36,384 nucleotides of DNA, from assembly GCA_016207775.1 (NCBI GenBank), contig JACQOU010000115.1, positions 1-36,384 on the forward strand, read 5' to 3'. Position 1 is the first letter of the stretch, and each line of letters opens with the position of its first letter. A program made the translations under genes and the position numbers. This DNA is from Deltaproteobacteria bacterium (GTDB taxonomy: Bacteria > Bdellovibrionota > FAC87 > UBA2466). Under the pieces are notes generated by a model that ran no database searches, was not told where the DNA came from, and saw only the letters and a list, made by a program, of their open reading frames with translations. Below are positions 7,912 to 19,200 of the stretch, piece after piece.

Positions 7912-9000
7912 TCACTTTCCCCTAGAGTTCTCGATGGCTGATGTGCGGACTGTCTGATGATAGCGTTTTATTAGGGCCGAAATTTGATTTTTAGCACCAA
8001 ACCGTTTTTCGTCTAAATCGACGAGTGCATTGGTATACACGGTTCCCCCTTCGATGGGAGCAAGACACTTATGCCTGCGAATGCGGTCAATATAGTGGTT
8101 AGCAGCTTGCGCGCGGCCTTGCTCGCGTTCCGTCTCCCAGTAACTGAGCGCTGCGAGATTTTGTTCAACAATGGGCATTGAATAAAAGCCCTTAAAGGGT
8201 AGCTTAAGCTCGAGGTCCAGTTTTCCCAGTGACATGCCGCGAATTTCTCCGTCAACGAGTAAACTGTGACCTTTAAACCAATAGGGGTTTTCGATAACGA
8301 CGTTTTTTGCGCTTCCAATGATCAAATGGACTGTTTTTTCATCATTGCCAATTTTTTCGTTGTCGGCTGAAGAAAGTCCCGACAATAGTACGACGATATC
8401 CACCTGGCTTTCGAGCCGTTGCAATGTCTTATTCAAAATACCTAATGGTTCATGGACAGTCACTTTGCTATTGGCTACAGACTCTTTGGGAATGGCCGAA
8501 AAAAAACCAAACTTTACACCACCTCTTTCGATGATCTCGTAGGGCTGAAAGACCGGTTTACCTTCGATGAAGACATTGGAACTGATGAACGGATATTTCG
8601 CCTTTGTGGACAAGTCTTTTAGGAAATCGATTCCAAGTAGGTAATCTTGGGGGCCTGGCGCAAACACATCAAGCCCCATCACATTGAACATCTCAATAAG
8701 CGCTTTTGCTTTTGTTCTGGCGTGGTCCAAGTGTTGAGGTTTTTCAAGAGCAAGCATATTGCCGGAATCAACATAAATCACATGAGGTTGTTGTTTTCGT
8801 ACTTGGCTGAGGAGATTCGCTTCCCGGTCAAGCCCCCCAAAGGGATGGGAATGGCAGCCACAGGAAGCCATTTCACCCTCCCGGTTGGACTGGTAAAGAA
8901 TGGAAACGTTGGTTTCAATATGCTTTGTCGGTTTGGGCGGACGGGACACGCAACTCGCTATCAAAAGTACAGCCCATAGCAAAGCAAGTATCGTTTTCAT
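7912..9000 (-). CDS. Lipoprotein with a 5'-nucleotidase/metallophosphoesterase-like layout but degenerate metal-binding motifs
   Basis: Signal peptide plus lipobox (MKTILALLWAVLLIASC). ILYQSNREGEM...GGLDR...YVDSGNML...FGFFSAIP...DIVVLLSGL...LIIGSAKN parallels the UshA/YfkN pattern LHTNDxHG...GGxAR...DAGDxxQG...IIGGHSH. The Asp/His ligands are largely replaced, and there is an extra SCGCHSHP motif. Confidence 0.45.
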   Translation of the reverse strand: MKTILALLWAVLLIASCVSRPPKPTKHIETNVSILYQSNREGEMASCGCHSHPFGGLDREANLLSQVRKQQPHVIYVDSGNMLALEKPQHLDHARTKAKALIEMFNVMGLDVFAPGPQDYLLGIDFLKDLSTKAKYPFISSNVFIEGKPVFQPYEIIERGGVKFGFFSAIPKESVANSKVTVHEPLGILNKTLQRLESQVDIVVLLSGLSSADNEKIGNDEKTVHLIIGSAKNVVIENPYWFKGHSLLVDGEIRGMSLGKLDLELKLPFKGFYSMPIVEQNLAALSYWETEREQGRAQAANHYIDRIRRHKCLAPIEGGTVYTNALVDLDEKRFGAKNQISALIKRYHQTVRTSAIENSRGK

Positions 9001-9058
9001 GTTGTTTGCACGTTGGGCGTCACTCCCTGATGCCGCCGCTTTGGATAAACAACAGAAC

Positions 9059-10048
9059 TTAATTTACATATTTGCCATAAAAGCAGGATCGAATGGTCGG
9101 CTCCCACTGGCTCTGTGGAGTCGCCAGGACGTTCTGTGCCCCGCTCAGTAGGGCTGCGTGGTCGTATACAGCACCCTTTTTTCTATCCTCGGGAAAAGAC
9201 GGGAACAGACCCTCGGTTGCAAATCGCACTGCAGGCGGACCACCTTCATCCAGAACGGGGCTTGCAATCAAGCCCATGGCAACATTGAGGCCCATTGTTC
9301 TGCAAGCTTCCTGTTGTGATACAGCACAGTGGAGATGCGTTTTCGAAGCTGCCTGCCAGACAGCTGCAATCCGGCCCATCATGTCATCACCGTTTGGTTG
9401 CTTGCTTAAGTTGTTCATTTTTGAAACGACTTGTTGCAAAGTTGTCTGGTTCACCCCGAGCTTTGCTCCATCGCCACCAGAAAGTCTAAAAACTTCGTTG
9501 AAAACCGCTTGGAAACGGGCATCGGCGCTGCCTTCCCCGACACGGCTTGAAGTAAAACGAGCAGTGGGCGCACAACTTTTGCCCGTGCATGGGACCGGGG
9601 GACGATCTTCCACGGTCATACCGAGTGCTGCGACCAATGAAAAAGAGGAATTTTTTTCTGTCGCGGAAACTGCAGACTCCAGACGTCCTAAGGCGGCAGC
9701 CACTCCATTGGATCGCGCAAACTGCACTGCCTGCTCCATTTGTTCGGGGGATAGCGTGTTGAAAGTGACTCCTTTTAAGCGGGCAACATTCAATGCTCTG
9801 GCAAGACCGGCCGCTGCTGGGTTATTCATGCCCTGCAAAAATCTAACCGCCTGTGAGGCTTTGCCTTCATTAAGGAGAGTTAATGCAGCCTTCAACTGGG
9901 TCAATTGTTCGGCACCCGCTTCCAATGCTGCTGCCCCACCTTTAGCAAAAGCATTGGGTCCTACGCCGATTGTTAACGCTAGGCATAATAGAAGAGCGAA
10001 ACAGCTAAAATTCTTTAACATATTGCGATCCTTCATATAAAGTTTCAT
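9059..10048 (-). CDS. Secreted Ala/Gly-rich hypothetical protein
   Basis: A GGGAGGGG Shine-Dalgarno lies ~8 nt upstream of ATG 10048 (MKLYMKDRNMLKNFSCFALLLCLALTIGVGPNAFA|KGG, a clear signal peptide). The track start at 10102 lies further upstream. No family recognised. Confidence 0.6.
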   Translation of the reverse strand: MKLYMKDRNMLKNFSCFALLLCLALTIGVGPNAFAKGGAAALEAGAEQLTQLKAALTLLNEGKASQAVRFLQGMNNPAAAGLARALNVARLKGVTFNTLSPEQMEQAVQFARSNGVAAALGRLESAVSATEKNSSFSLVAALGMTVEDRPPVPCTGKSCAPTARFTSSRVGEGSADARFQAVFNEVFRLSGGDGAKLGVNQTTLQQVVSKMNNLSKQPNGDDMMGRIAAVWQAASKTHLHCAVSQQEACRTMGLNVAMGLIASPVLDEGGPPAVRFATEGLFPSFPEDRKKGAVYDHAALLSGAQNVLATPQSQWEPTIRSCFYGKYVN

Positions 10049-10171
10049 TGCTTTTGTCCCCTCCCACCGATTCTTGTTGACTTGAATCTTTCTATGACAC
10101 ATGGGGCTGGATAAGCAAGTGAAAAAATAACGCTATAAATAATTTTCTTAGGCTGCAATGCGTCTAACCTA

Positions 10172-10200
10172 TTGACCCAACGCATAAAAATTGCTATAAA
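10172..10200 (+). promoter_or_regulatory. Near-consensus sigma-70 promoter for the giant ORF
   Basis: TTGACC (10172-10177), a 17-nt spacer, then TATAAA (10195-10200). It lies 15-48 nt upstream of the candidate start codons. Confidence 0.45.
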
Positions 10201-10214
10201 GCTGCCTTTTCAAT

Positions 10215-13200
10215 TTGATGATTTTAGGAAAGCTTGGTGGGGATACTGTGTACCGTGGTTTGATAATCTATCTGTGCGTGTGGCTTGCTTTTCCCCCACA
10301 AGTCTGGGTGATGGCGGCACAGCCCTCCAATAATAATCCTGCCCCAAGACAAGCGATGAATTCAGAGGCTGCTGATTCTGCGGCAAGCGAAGAATCGGAG
10401 GATGAAGAGATTGATGAAGATGGATTAGACCCGAAATCTCCGCAAACCCCAATATGGCTAAGCACGGATGGTAGGTGGTACAGCTCTACTAAAGGAAAAA
10501 ACGCAGAAGAGTATCGAAAACTATACGAACAAAATAACGGCAATCCTGGGCCTTTGCAGTTGCAAGACTTTGGCCTCATCCGCTTTGAGGGCACACATAC
10601 TGCTGGAAAAGGCTGGTCGGGAAAGTGGGTGGACGTCGTTACAGGTAAAGAAGCTTTCATCCCACCTTCTTTGCCCAAGCCTCAGCCCAAGCCCAAGCCT
10701 GCGACGATTGATCCGGATGCTATTCTTAAAACTCCCCAGTACATCGAAAAGCGAAAAGAGGATCGGGCAAAAACTCGAAAGCAGTTGGAACTGGCATCGT
10801 GGCGAGTAAGCTACTTTGTTCGAAAATTAATCCCAAAAATTTTAGATCTTTATACAGTCGAAAACTATACCACCATTTTGCCTTATTCCCGCTGCCCGAG
10901 TCCTGTTGCTGTTCCCGAGGACCTGAGTGAAATGCAAGCCGAGCGTTTACTGAAGTTGCTCAGTGACTCTTTGACCAGTGCTCAGACTCAGCTAGCCCAC
11001 TTTTTTGAGACTTATAAAGCTGAAATTGGCCAGGTCCCTTACGTTCTGCTGGATGAGGAAGAACACGCACAACTGGATGTCTTGGAGGGGCCTAACGGAA
11101 CCCGCTGCCAACCACTCATTTGGGGGCAAAGATTTGCGCAACTAGATGAGCCGGAGAAAACACAGACCTTCAATCGAACAAATCCACTCATGCTCACTTT
11201 CTTTTATGCCCTTAGCGGAAATCCCGACGGTCCGATTACTGACATTGAAATAGGAAAGTACGTTCATTGGGTTCAAACCTTAAGAAACTTTTATAGATTG
11301 ATTGCGAAGTATCTGTGGGTCAAAAAGAGTACGGCTCAAATCAGCTCCCCCCCTGATTTCGAAGTTCAACCCGAAGCAGGAGAAAAGCTTGCCCATCAAA
11401 TGAGTCCTCAAACAACCGCTGGAAAAATCTTTGCCGGCCAGGAGCTCAATCAAGAAGAGGGACGCTTTGATCGGTGTGCGGGCCGAAAAACCTTTTGCTT
11501 TTTCGATCCCAAAAGACAAAAGCGGATGGATCAGCTTGAGGAAGTCGTGCTTACCCTTCAAATTCCGAGACCGAAGGAAGAAGGAGCTCATAACCATGGG
11601 CTTCGTTTGGCTGCTGAAATAGACTTTGTCACCATTCCCTTGGTCACTGAACTTTTTATCATTAATAAATTCCTTCCTCCAGAGAAGCAGCTTTTCCCAC
11701 CGGATGGAAGACAGGGACCCACCGTTTCAGACAAGGCACTGGAGCTTTATCGAACCTTTATGCGAGCAGAGAAGCGCGAATGGTGGGCTCAGGTTTTTGC
11801 ACAAGCGGTTTTAGCTGTTGTCCAAAGATGGCAGCAGACAGGTAACGAGCCCACTCCTGTAAGTCCCGAGTATTTTCAGGCGGCTCAAACGCTGGCTCTG
11901 AGCACACTCTCGGCCCTGCTTGGCGAGCCCCAAGCGCTTGCTGATTTGCTGATAGATGCCGCTGATAGCAAGAGCAAGACTCCGCTCGATGACCTGTCAT
12001 TGCGTCACAAACTTTTAAAAGTTCGACTGCAAATGCAACAGCTCCCTTTCTCCAGGTGGGTTACCGAGGAAAGTGGTGCGAGCGGCCAAACAAATTTCTC
12101 TTCGGTGCGGATTGAACAATTGCCTTTGTGGGCGGCGCTTGTCGTGGATGGTCTTAAAAATGTCAGTGGTTCAGAAAATATCAGACGTGTGCTTGAACAG
12201 CTGCTTTTGGATGAGGAGTTCGATACTCATTCAAAGGCACTGCTGGCTTACATTGTTTCTTTTTTTGGTGAGGAAAATCTCCCCTATAAACAGCTTATCG
12301 AGGTGTGGAATCGGAAGTTAAAAAAGCGCTGGGAGCAAGTGATCAATTCCCACAAGACAGAACTGAATAAAGCGGCTGCGTCCATCACGGATCAAATTTG
12401 CGCTCATCACCCCGCTCTGTGTGACCAGGACGAATTGGACAAGCATTTTGATTCAGGACAGCAGGCACAGCAGCTCACCTATGCGTATGCGGAAAAAGCT
12501 TCTTCGGTTGCGCGCGATGCCTGGCGAGCCGACCACGCACAGAGGCATATGCAGGGGCTTGTGAATTGGGAAGACCACTGGTTGTGGAGTTTCTTCCCGG
12601 ATAATGGAATTTTCTCGTATGGGCCGGGGTCCTGGAACGTTCACCATGCGTACACGAAAGCTTATGAAAGTGAACGAGCTCGGTCGTTAGACAAAGGCAG
12701 TCCAAAGCAGGTGCATGGTGTGATGCCAGCCGTCAATCCGTGGTTTTTAATCGACGATGGCGAGGGGCATGGCTATGGCTACAGTTTTGATGTGCCTGAT
12801 GCCAGCACTAAGCCCGGTTATCACGAAATGAAGGGAGCGATAGCGGCTATTGCCGATAGAAACGTCGAGCGACTGGCCAGTGAAATGAAACTGTGGTTCC
12901 GAGAAAAAGTGAAGGACACTGCTGAGGTGACTGACGAAGATCTGAAGCGCTATTTTCCCGATATTCCCAGTTTCAAAGTGCTTGCCTTGATGGTTATTCG
13001 ACGGTTCCATGCTACTTTGGAAGCGACCGAACAGTCAGGCCGCTCTGAAGTGGCAGCGGACTTTGAGAAGGCTTTTAAGCCGCTTCATGAATGGCTGGAA
13101 AATAGAACGACGGCCGGCCGCCAGTACGCATTTGCTGCCGAGAGTTTCGCCAAACGTTTGTACGACCAATACCTTTGGTCCCCCCTTGAAAAGCACCATG

Positions 13201-16200
13201 TGGAAAATTCCCAAGCATCTAAAAAAGTGGTGGAGGAGAGTTTGTCCACCCTGCTGCAGTACGAGGTTTTTTTGGATACCTCGCTTCCGGTTGATTTCTT
13301 AATTGCACGCTATGGGCTGGCTAGGCAAACTGAAGAATTTGCAGGATCGATTAGGACCCTTGGTGCAGACGTCGTCAGAGCAAACTTTCTTGATGCCAAG
13401 ACAGGGATGGAGGAGTCCAAACGGTGTGATTTGGAAGAATGGGTATCCAAGGCTCGGGCGTCATTAGAAGATTCGAAAATCCGTGCGCTTTACCAATGGC
13501 GTTTTTCAACCCTTACTGAGCGAACAGTCGAGAATCTGCTCTCTACGTACTCAAAAGATAGTCCCCCGCCTTTTGACGGCGAGAAAAAGCCGGCTTCCAA
13601 GAAGCCTGCGCCGAAAACTGCGTCAGGCAATGTGCCGGCAAAACCGCAGGAGCAATCACCAAAGGCAGCAAACGGTGTTTCCTCGCAGGCTGATGCGTCT
13701 GCGGCTGCTTCAGTTCCACCTGGGCGCAATCCGTTTGAGCTTGAAATAGACAATTTGCTCGAAGTGTGGATAGGCGCTCCGTGGGTTGGGGAGGATAAAG
13801 AGGCACGCGCAAAATCGCGTACTGCACTTATTGGATGGCTTCGGCAAGTGTTTGGATCCTATCAGTCTGAAAAAGCCAAGGTTTCACCTGCCGAATATGT
13901 TTTTTACCTGCGTTCGCAAATTGCCAGCAATGCACCGGAGAAGTTTGGTATTTGGAATGTCGCAATCAGCGCTAAGTTTCAGGCGATTGAAGCAGCGTTA
14001 AGAAGCAAGGATCCCAAGGCGCCTGAGCAACTGGCCAAATTAATGGGAACAATCTTCCGGGAATTTGAGCTTTTGCAGGGCGATAAAATTCTTCGCGATC
14101 GAATAGCGGATACGTTGTTTGTGCGTGCTTTGCCTCAACTAATACTTCCCAGTTTTACCGTATTTTCCACTGAACTTGGCCGAAAAATGGCAGCGGTTAA
14201 AAGGGCAAAGGAAGACCCGATAAAAGTTGCTGAGGCAGCGGAAAAGCAGTTGGCGGCACATGAAGGAGCTCTCACATCGGTAACAGACCCGCAAGCTCGC
14301 AAGGAACTGCAAACACGCATTGCGCATTTCAGAACCATGCGCAGTCTCGCACGTGCACAGCAAAAGGAATGGGTGGTGCTGAAACGCATGTTGGAAAACA
14401 CCCCTGTGCAAGCCGCTCGGGAATCGATAGTGGCGTTGTCGAAAGATAAGAAAGACTACCGCGCGGCTTTTGAAAACTATTTAAAAGATCAGTTCTGGGA
14501 TACCCCACTCGATGCAACGGGCAGTGCCTTTGAAGCCGCAATGACTCCTCGTCAAATCCTGGACGATCTCAATGAACTCGGTCAGTACGTACGGGGCTAC
14601 TTGCCTGTGGACGGGGAAATTGCAAAGCAGTTTTTACATGAACTTGGGGCTTACTGCGAAAGTGGTGAAAGTCCGGTTGCTGCAGCTGCATTCCAAAAGA
14701 GTTTTGAGTCAGCAATTAATAAAGATGAACTGCCAACTGTACTTCGTTCACCTATGCCGAGTGGTCCACTGTCCAAGTTGGAAAAGCCGAAGAATCAGCC
14801 AGAGACTGAGCCAGAGACTGAGTCAGGGGATGAATCAGCGACTGAATCAGCGAAACAAGGCGCGCAGCAGTCAAGCGTTCCTCGGCCACAATATTCGGAG
14901 GATGATTCGAAACGGTTCGAGCGCATCGATGCTTTTATCAAAAAGCATAAGGTGGGAAGTGCGAAGGATTTTTGTGCGGTTCTGAAAAAGGAGTCGGTAG
15001 CCGTTCTTTCGCGTATCGAAAAAGAAATGAAAGAACAAGGCCACGTGGGTCAGTCCGCAAAAGATTACTGGGAGCTTGTGTGCATTGCTTCGGATGTTTT
15101 TTTTAGAGCCAATCGCAAATTTGCTCCGCTGGTTGATTCCAAATCAAAGGTACACTGGTTTAGTCATGCTCCCATCGCCCATTTGGGGGGAGGCAAGGAA
15201 GTCTTCCAAGGCATTAAGGGATTCAAAACGCAAGAAACGGTTTTGGCGGCCCTCGCATCCGTTGTGACAAAACCTGAGCTTACCCATGAAAAACTCAAAT
15301 TTCTTGTCAGCTGGTCGTATGGCGCTTCCGAGTATATCCTTCCCAAAGAGCCCGCCCAGTGGACAGCGTTACTGGGACAGGCAAACAAACTTCAGTTTTT
15401 CCCCCAAAAAGCAAACCCAGAGGTGATCGCGGCTTTGACGAAACAAGGACTGGTTGGAATCAGTCTTAAAATTAATGATCCCGACGTAGAAGATAAATTC
15501 ATGGCTGCCTTCCAACCGTTGGTTGCTTCCAAGGTGCTCGATGCCGAGAAAGCGGAAGATTTTCGTGCGTGGTTGGTTGCTCAAACGCCAAATATCGATG
15601 CAGATTTGCCGAAAAGCGCCGACCTTCCTACTCGTTTGAAAGGCCGCACGCTTCCAAAGGAAGAAGTTGCCAAAATCACCGAGCAGTATGTTCAAGACCG
15701 CCTGCAATGGCTCAATGGGTTGACGCGTGAACAAAGACTCGGTCTGTTTGTGAGCCTGGACCGGTATTTCATCTCCAGATTTTTCATGAATGTCCCCCAA
15801 GGTTCCATTGAGCTAGTGGATGAAGGGCCGTTGCGTGCGCGTTTTGCTTCGTACGATGAATGGCTGTTGGCGATGAAGCTTCGCCTTGAACTCTACGATG
15901 CGATGAAACAATCGCTTGGGATAATGCCTGATGCGATGAAACAATCACTTGGGATAATGCCTGATGCGATGAAACAATCGCTTGGGATCATGCCTTTAGA
16001 ATCGCTCGGTATTCATAATCTATCGTCGGAACTTTTTGAACTCATGGTTCCGTACACGCCTTACCGGTACCAGGGAGGACAGTTGTGGTTACCGACGGTG
16101 GGGCAGGCACGTCCCTCGATTGACAGGTCTCGAAAAGAATTTATGAGCGCTCCACTGCTGCAAAAAAGGCGTGTGATCGATCGCATTGCCCGCCTTTTCA

Positions 16201-19200
16201 AAGCGGAAGTCGAAGTGGGAGTGCAGCCTTTTAAAGAGATTTGGAATGCGCCCAGTGCAGATATGGAAATGGGTCAGCCCCTCATTTTGGGATGGCCACA
16301 AGATAAAGCGCTTGCCATCTACACCCGATATTTTGCGCCCAAAAACGCTGATTCCCAGGGTGTTTCAATCGAAGAGTGGATCTCGTACTGCTCAGAACGA
16401 AAAAAAGAAGGGCTTCGTTGTGGAGCGGTGCCGTCCAACGAATTTAAGCCAGGGTGGGGGATGGGTGAAAAAACCGACCAGGCTGCACTTTTCAATATTT
16501 GGTTTGAAGCGCTTGCCAACTCTCCATGGACGCATTCCATCTTTGCCGCAAATCAGCTTAAAAAACCGAGCTCCATTGCTTCACCGCATCTGTGGGAAGT
16601 TTTCGACAGCTTGGACCAATTCAAAAAATCAAAAGACTACGGTCAGCTGATTGGGCTGCTGCGTACGATGGACGCCAATGCGGGGCTTACGATTACACCC
16701 GAAACCTGGCAGCGGCTGATGCTTTCCTTAAGCCATGATCGGCTGCACCATGCGAAAGAACCGCAACTTGAAGTAGGCGGGAAGCTTTCCGACGAGCATT
16801 TTGCATTTTTTATGCAAAAACTCGTCGATGGCATTGGCATTAATGTGAAAGATTTCCACGGTTATTTAGAAACCTTGCACGGTCGCGACCGGCCAGAGGA
16901 TTGGCTCAACATGGCGCAATTCAGGTGGCACGCTCTTGTGGGGATCCCCCAGTGGATGTTCTTACAAACGAGAGTCAGTGCGCCGTACTGTGTTTCAACG
17001 TCATCCTGGGAGTCCGACTACAATGAAAGGCCGGTTCCGATTGTGAGCCAGGAGGAATTTAGCAAATTTCGTCCGTCGTCTTTGAGTTTAGAGCAGTACA
17101 TCGAGAGGGTTTTGGATCCGTCTCTGAACGAGCGCAACCGGGTACTGACCGAGGATACCGAGGGTGTTCCCCTGTACTACAAATTGATGGCGATAGAAAA
17201 TCGGATGGCAAGTTTAGAGGATTGGGCTGCCGGTGTACCGGATCGGAGGGATACTTTTGCGAAGTTTGCCCACCGGTGGTCTGAATATGATTTTGTCGGA
17301 GTCGACACGTCGACTAAACAATTCGAATTATTGAAGCAGCAGATCAGGCAAAAATTGAGAGCCACGCAGATCGAGCTTCCAGACGAAAAGCTCATTAACG
17401 CTATTAAAAACTGGGAGAGGCTTGCTCGAATCAGAAATCTCATTAACGAGGCGAATTTCAGGCTGCCTGTTGAAAACTTCCGCGCAACGCAATGGGGACG
17501 CGGTCAAGAAATCCCCCTCTGGGAAAAATCCGTTGTGGAACAAATGCAAGCGATGGTGTGGGAGTGGTGCCGGCAAAACGGGATTCCCAAAGAGAGCTGG
17601 CCCAATATTTCGGCCTTGGTTGCCAAGCACACCGAGGGCGTTGGAAATCGTGGAATTCGGCGCAATATTTTATGTGCCATCTGTCACTACGAAGTGATGA
17701 GACTTCATCAACAGCGTGTTTGGGCAATTTCCCCTGGCTCCGACGACCCAAACAAACCCAATCCCTTGGCTCAGGCTCACCGGGCAACCGGCGAGGCAAT
17801 TACGCTGGCACAGCAGGCAACCGTCATTAATGATACCCAGCAAAATCAAGTGGCGTTTAACATTATCCAACATCTCATCAAGCTGAACCAGGTACGCGGG
17901 AAGCTATCGACGATAAGTACCGACGCCCAGTTGTTTGAAGCGCGCGACCTGATTTGGCAAGCTCACCTTGCCGTGATGGATAACATTCTTAAGGAGCTTC
18001 GGAAGTGGAGTCCCGAAGGTGCCAACGATAGAACATTTGGCTTGCTTGAACGAATGGTCAATGAACAAAAACAAAGGGAGGATTTCTGGAAGAAAGCCTA
18101 CACCTATTCGAATTACTTTTTGTTCTTTGCTCTTGCCGCCACCCTTTTTGGTCAGTCATTACTCCTTTTGGAGAAAATTGCCTCGCTTGCACCGACGATC
18201 ACCCGCTTTGCGCCTTCTGCTTACGCAAATCTGATTGGGGCCACGTTCGTGTACGCCCAGTACCATCAGCACGGGATGCGACAGCAAGCAATGGCGGAGA
18301 ATGAAGAATTGCACGAAGTGTTTGCAACGATCTTTAAAGGCGATACTCCACTGATTACGCAAGAGAGCGGATTTTTACTGGAGATGGACAGACGGCAACT
18401 GCTTGCAGAAGGAAGAAGCCGATGGACGTGGGGTTTTAATGCACTGGCCATGCTTTCATTCGCCGGTTTGACAGTCCGAGGGATGAAGGCATTAGGGGGA
18501 TTTTCGGCAAAATCGCTGCTTCCTCGGTTGGTCAAGTGGCAGACGCACCGTCAGTGGAAATGGACTCGGGGGGGTAAAGCCCTCGGGTTAAACGTAAAGG
18601 ATCGAGCGTTTGCGGTTTCCAGGGACAACCTTTCTGCAGCGATTGGGGCGGATGCGGGAGTCATCGATTCCGCAGGTACCCGAACGGTTGGAAGGTTGGA
18701 AAGCACTTTCCAAGGACGGCTTGGCGAAAGATTAGGGCCAGCGATCGACTCGGGATTTGCCATGCCTCCGACGCTTCGGGTTGGGGCTCGGGTGGATGCG
18801 GAACTCAAATCAACAAGAGTGCTTTTGGGGAAAAGAGTCGATGGAGTCGGAGCTGCGGAATCTGCTTCAGGAACTTTACAAGAGCGGCGTTGGTTCGTTG
18901 ATATTCCAAGACGCTTGTGGCTTTGGGCGAAGGGGAAACACCGAAAAACGGTCACAGAGCTAAGTAGCAGGGAGAACTTCCTGTACGGGGTGGCTCAAAA
19001 GCTTGAAGGTCACAATCAACAACTCAAACCGTTTGTCGAGCAAACAGAAAGTCTTCTCAAAACTGAATTGGGTTTATCGGGCCGCAACTTGGATCGTGTA
19101 CTGGCGAGGATTGATCGGTTTATTGCTGAGAAATTAAGACTGGGTGTGAGTACGGTTTCCGAGGCAGAGATTGAAAAATTCCTTGTCGACGAGTTCAAAC

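Noticed and set aside
9093-10040. 315-aa ORF on the plus strand, fully antisense to the 9059-10048 secreted protein gene
   Set aside because: Its composition is Arg/Ser/Cys/Trp/Pro-rich with no Shine-Dalgarno or signal features, as expected for a shadow frame. The minus-strand product has a strong Shine-Dalgarno, a signal peptide and protein-like composition.
10590-10613. GTHTAGKG in the giant protein, which resembles a P-loop (GxxxxGK[ST])
   Set aside because: The residue after Lys is Gly rather than Ser/Thr. There is no plausible Walker B or surrounding Rossmann-like beta-alpha pattern. It is probably coincidental.
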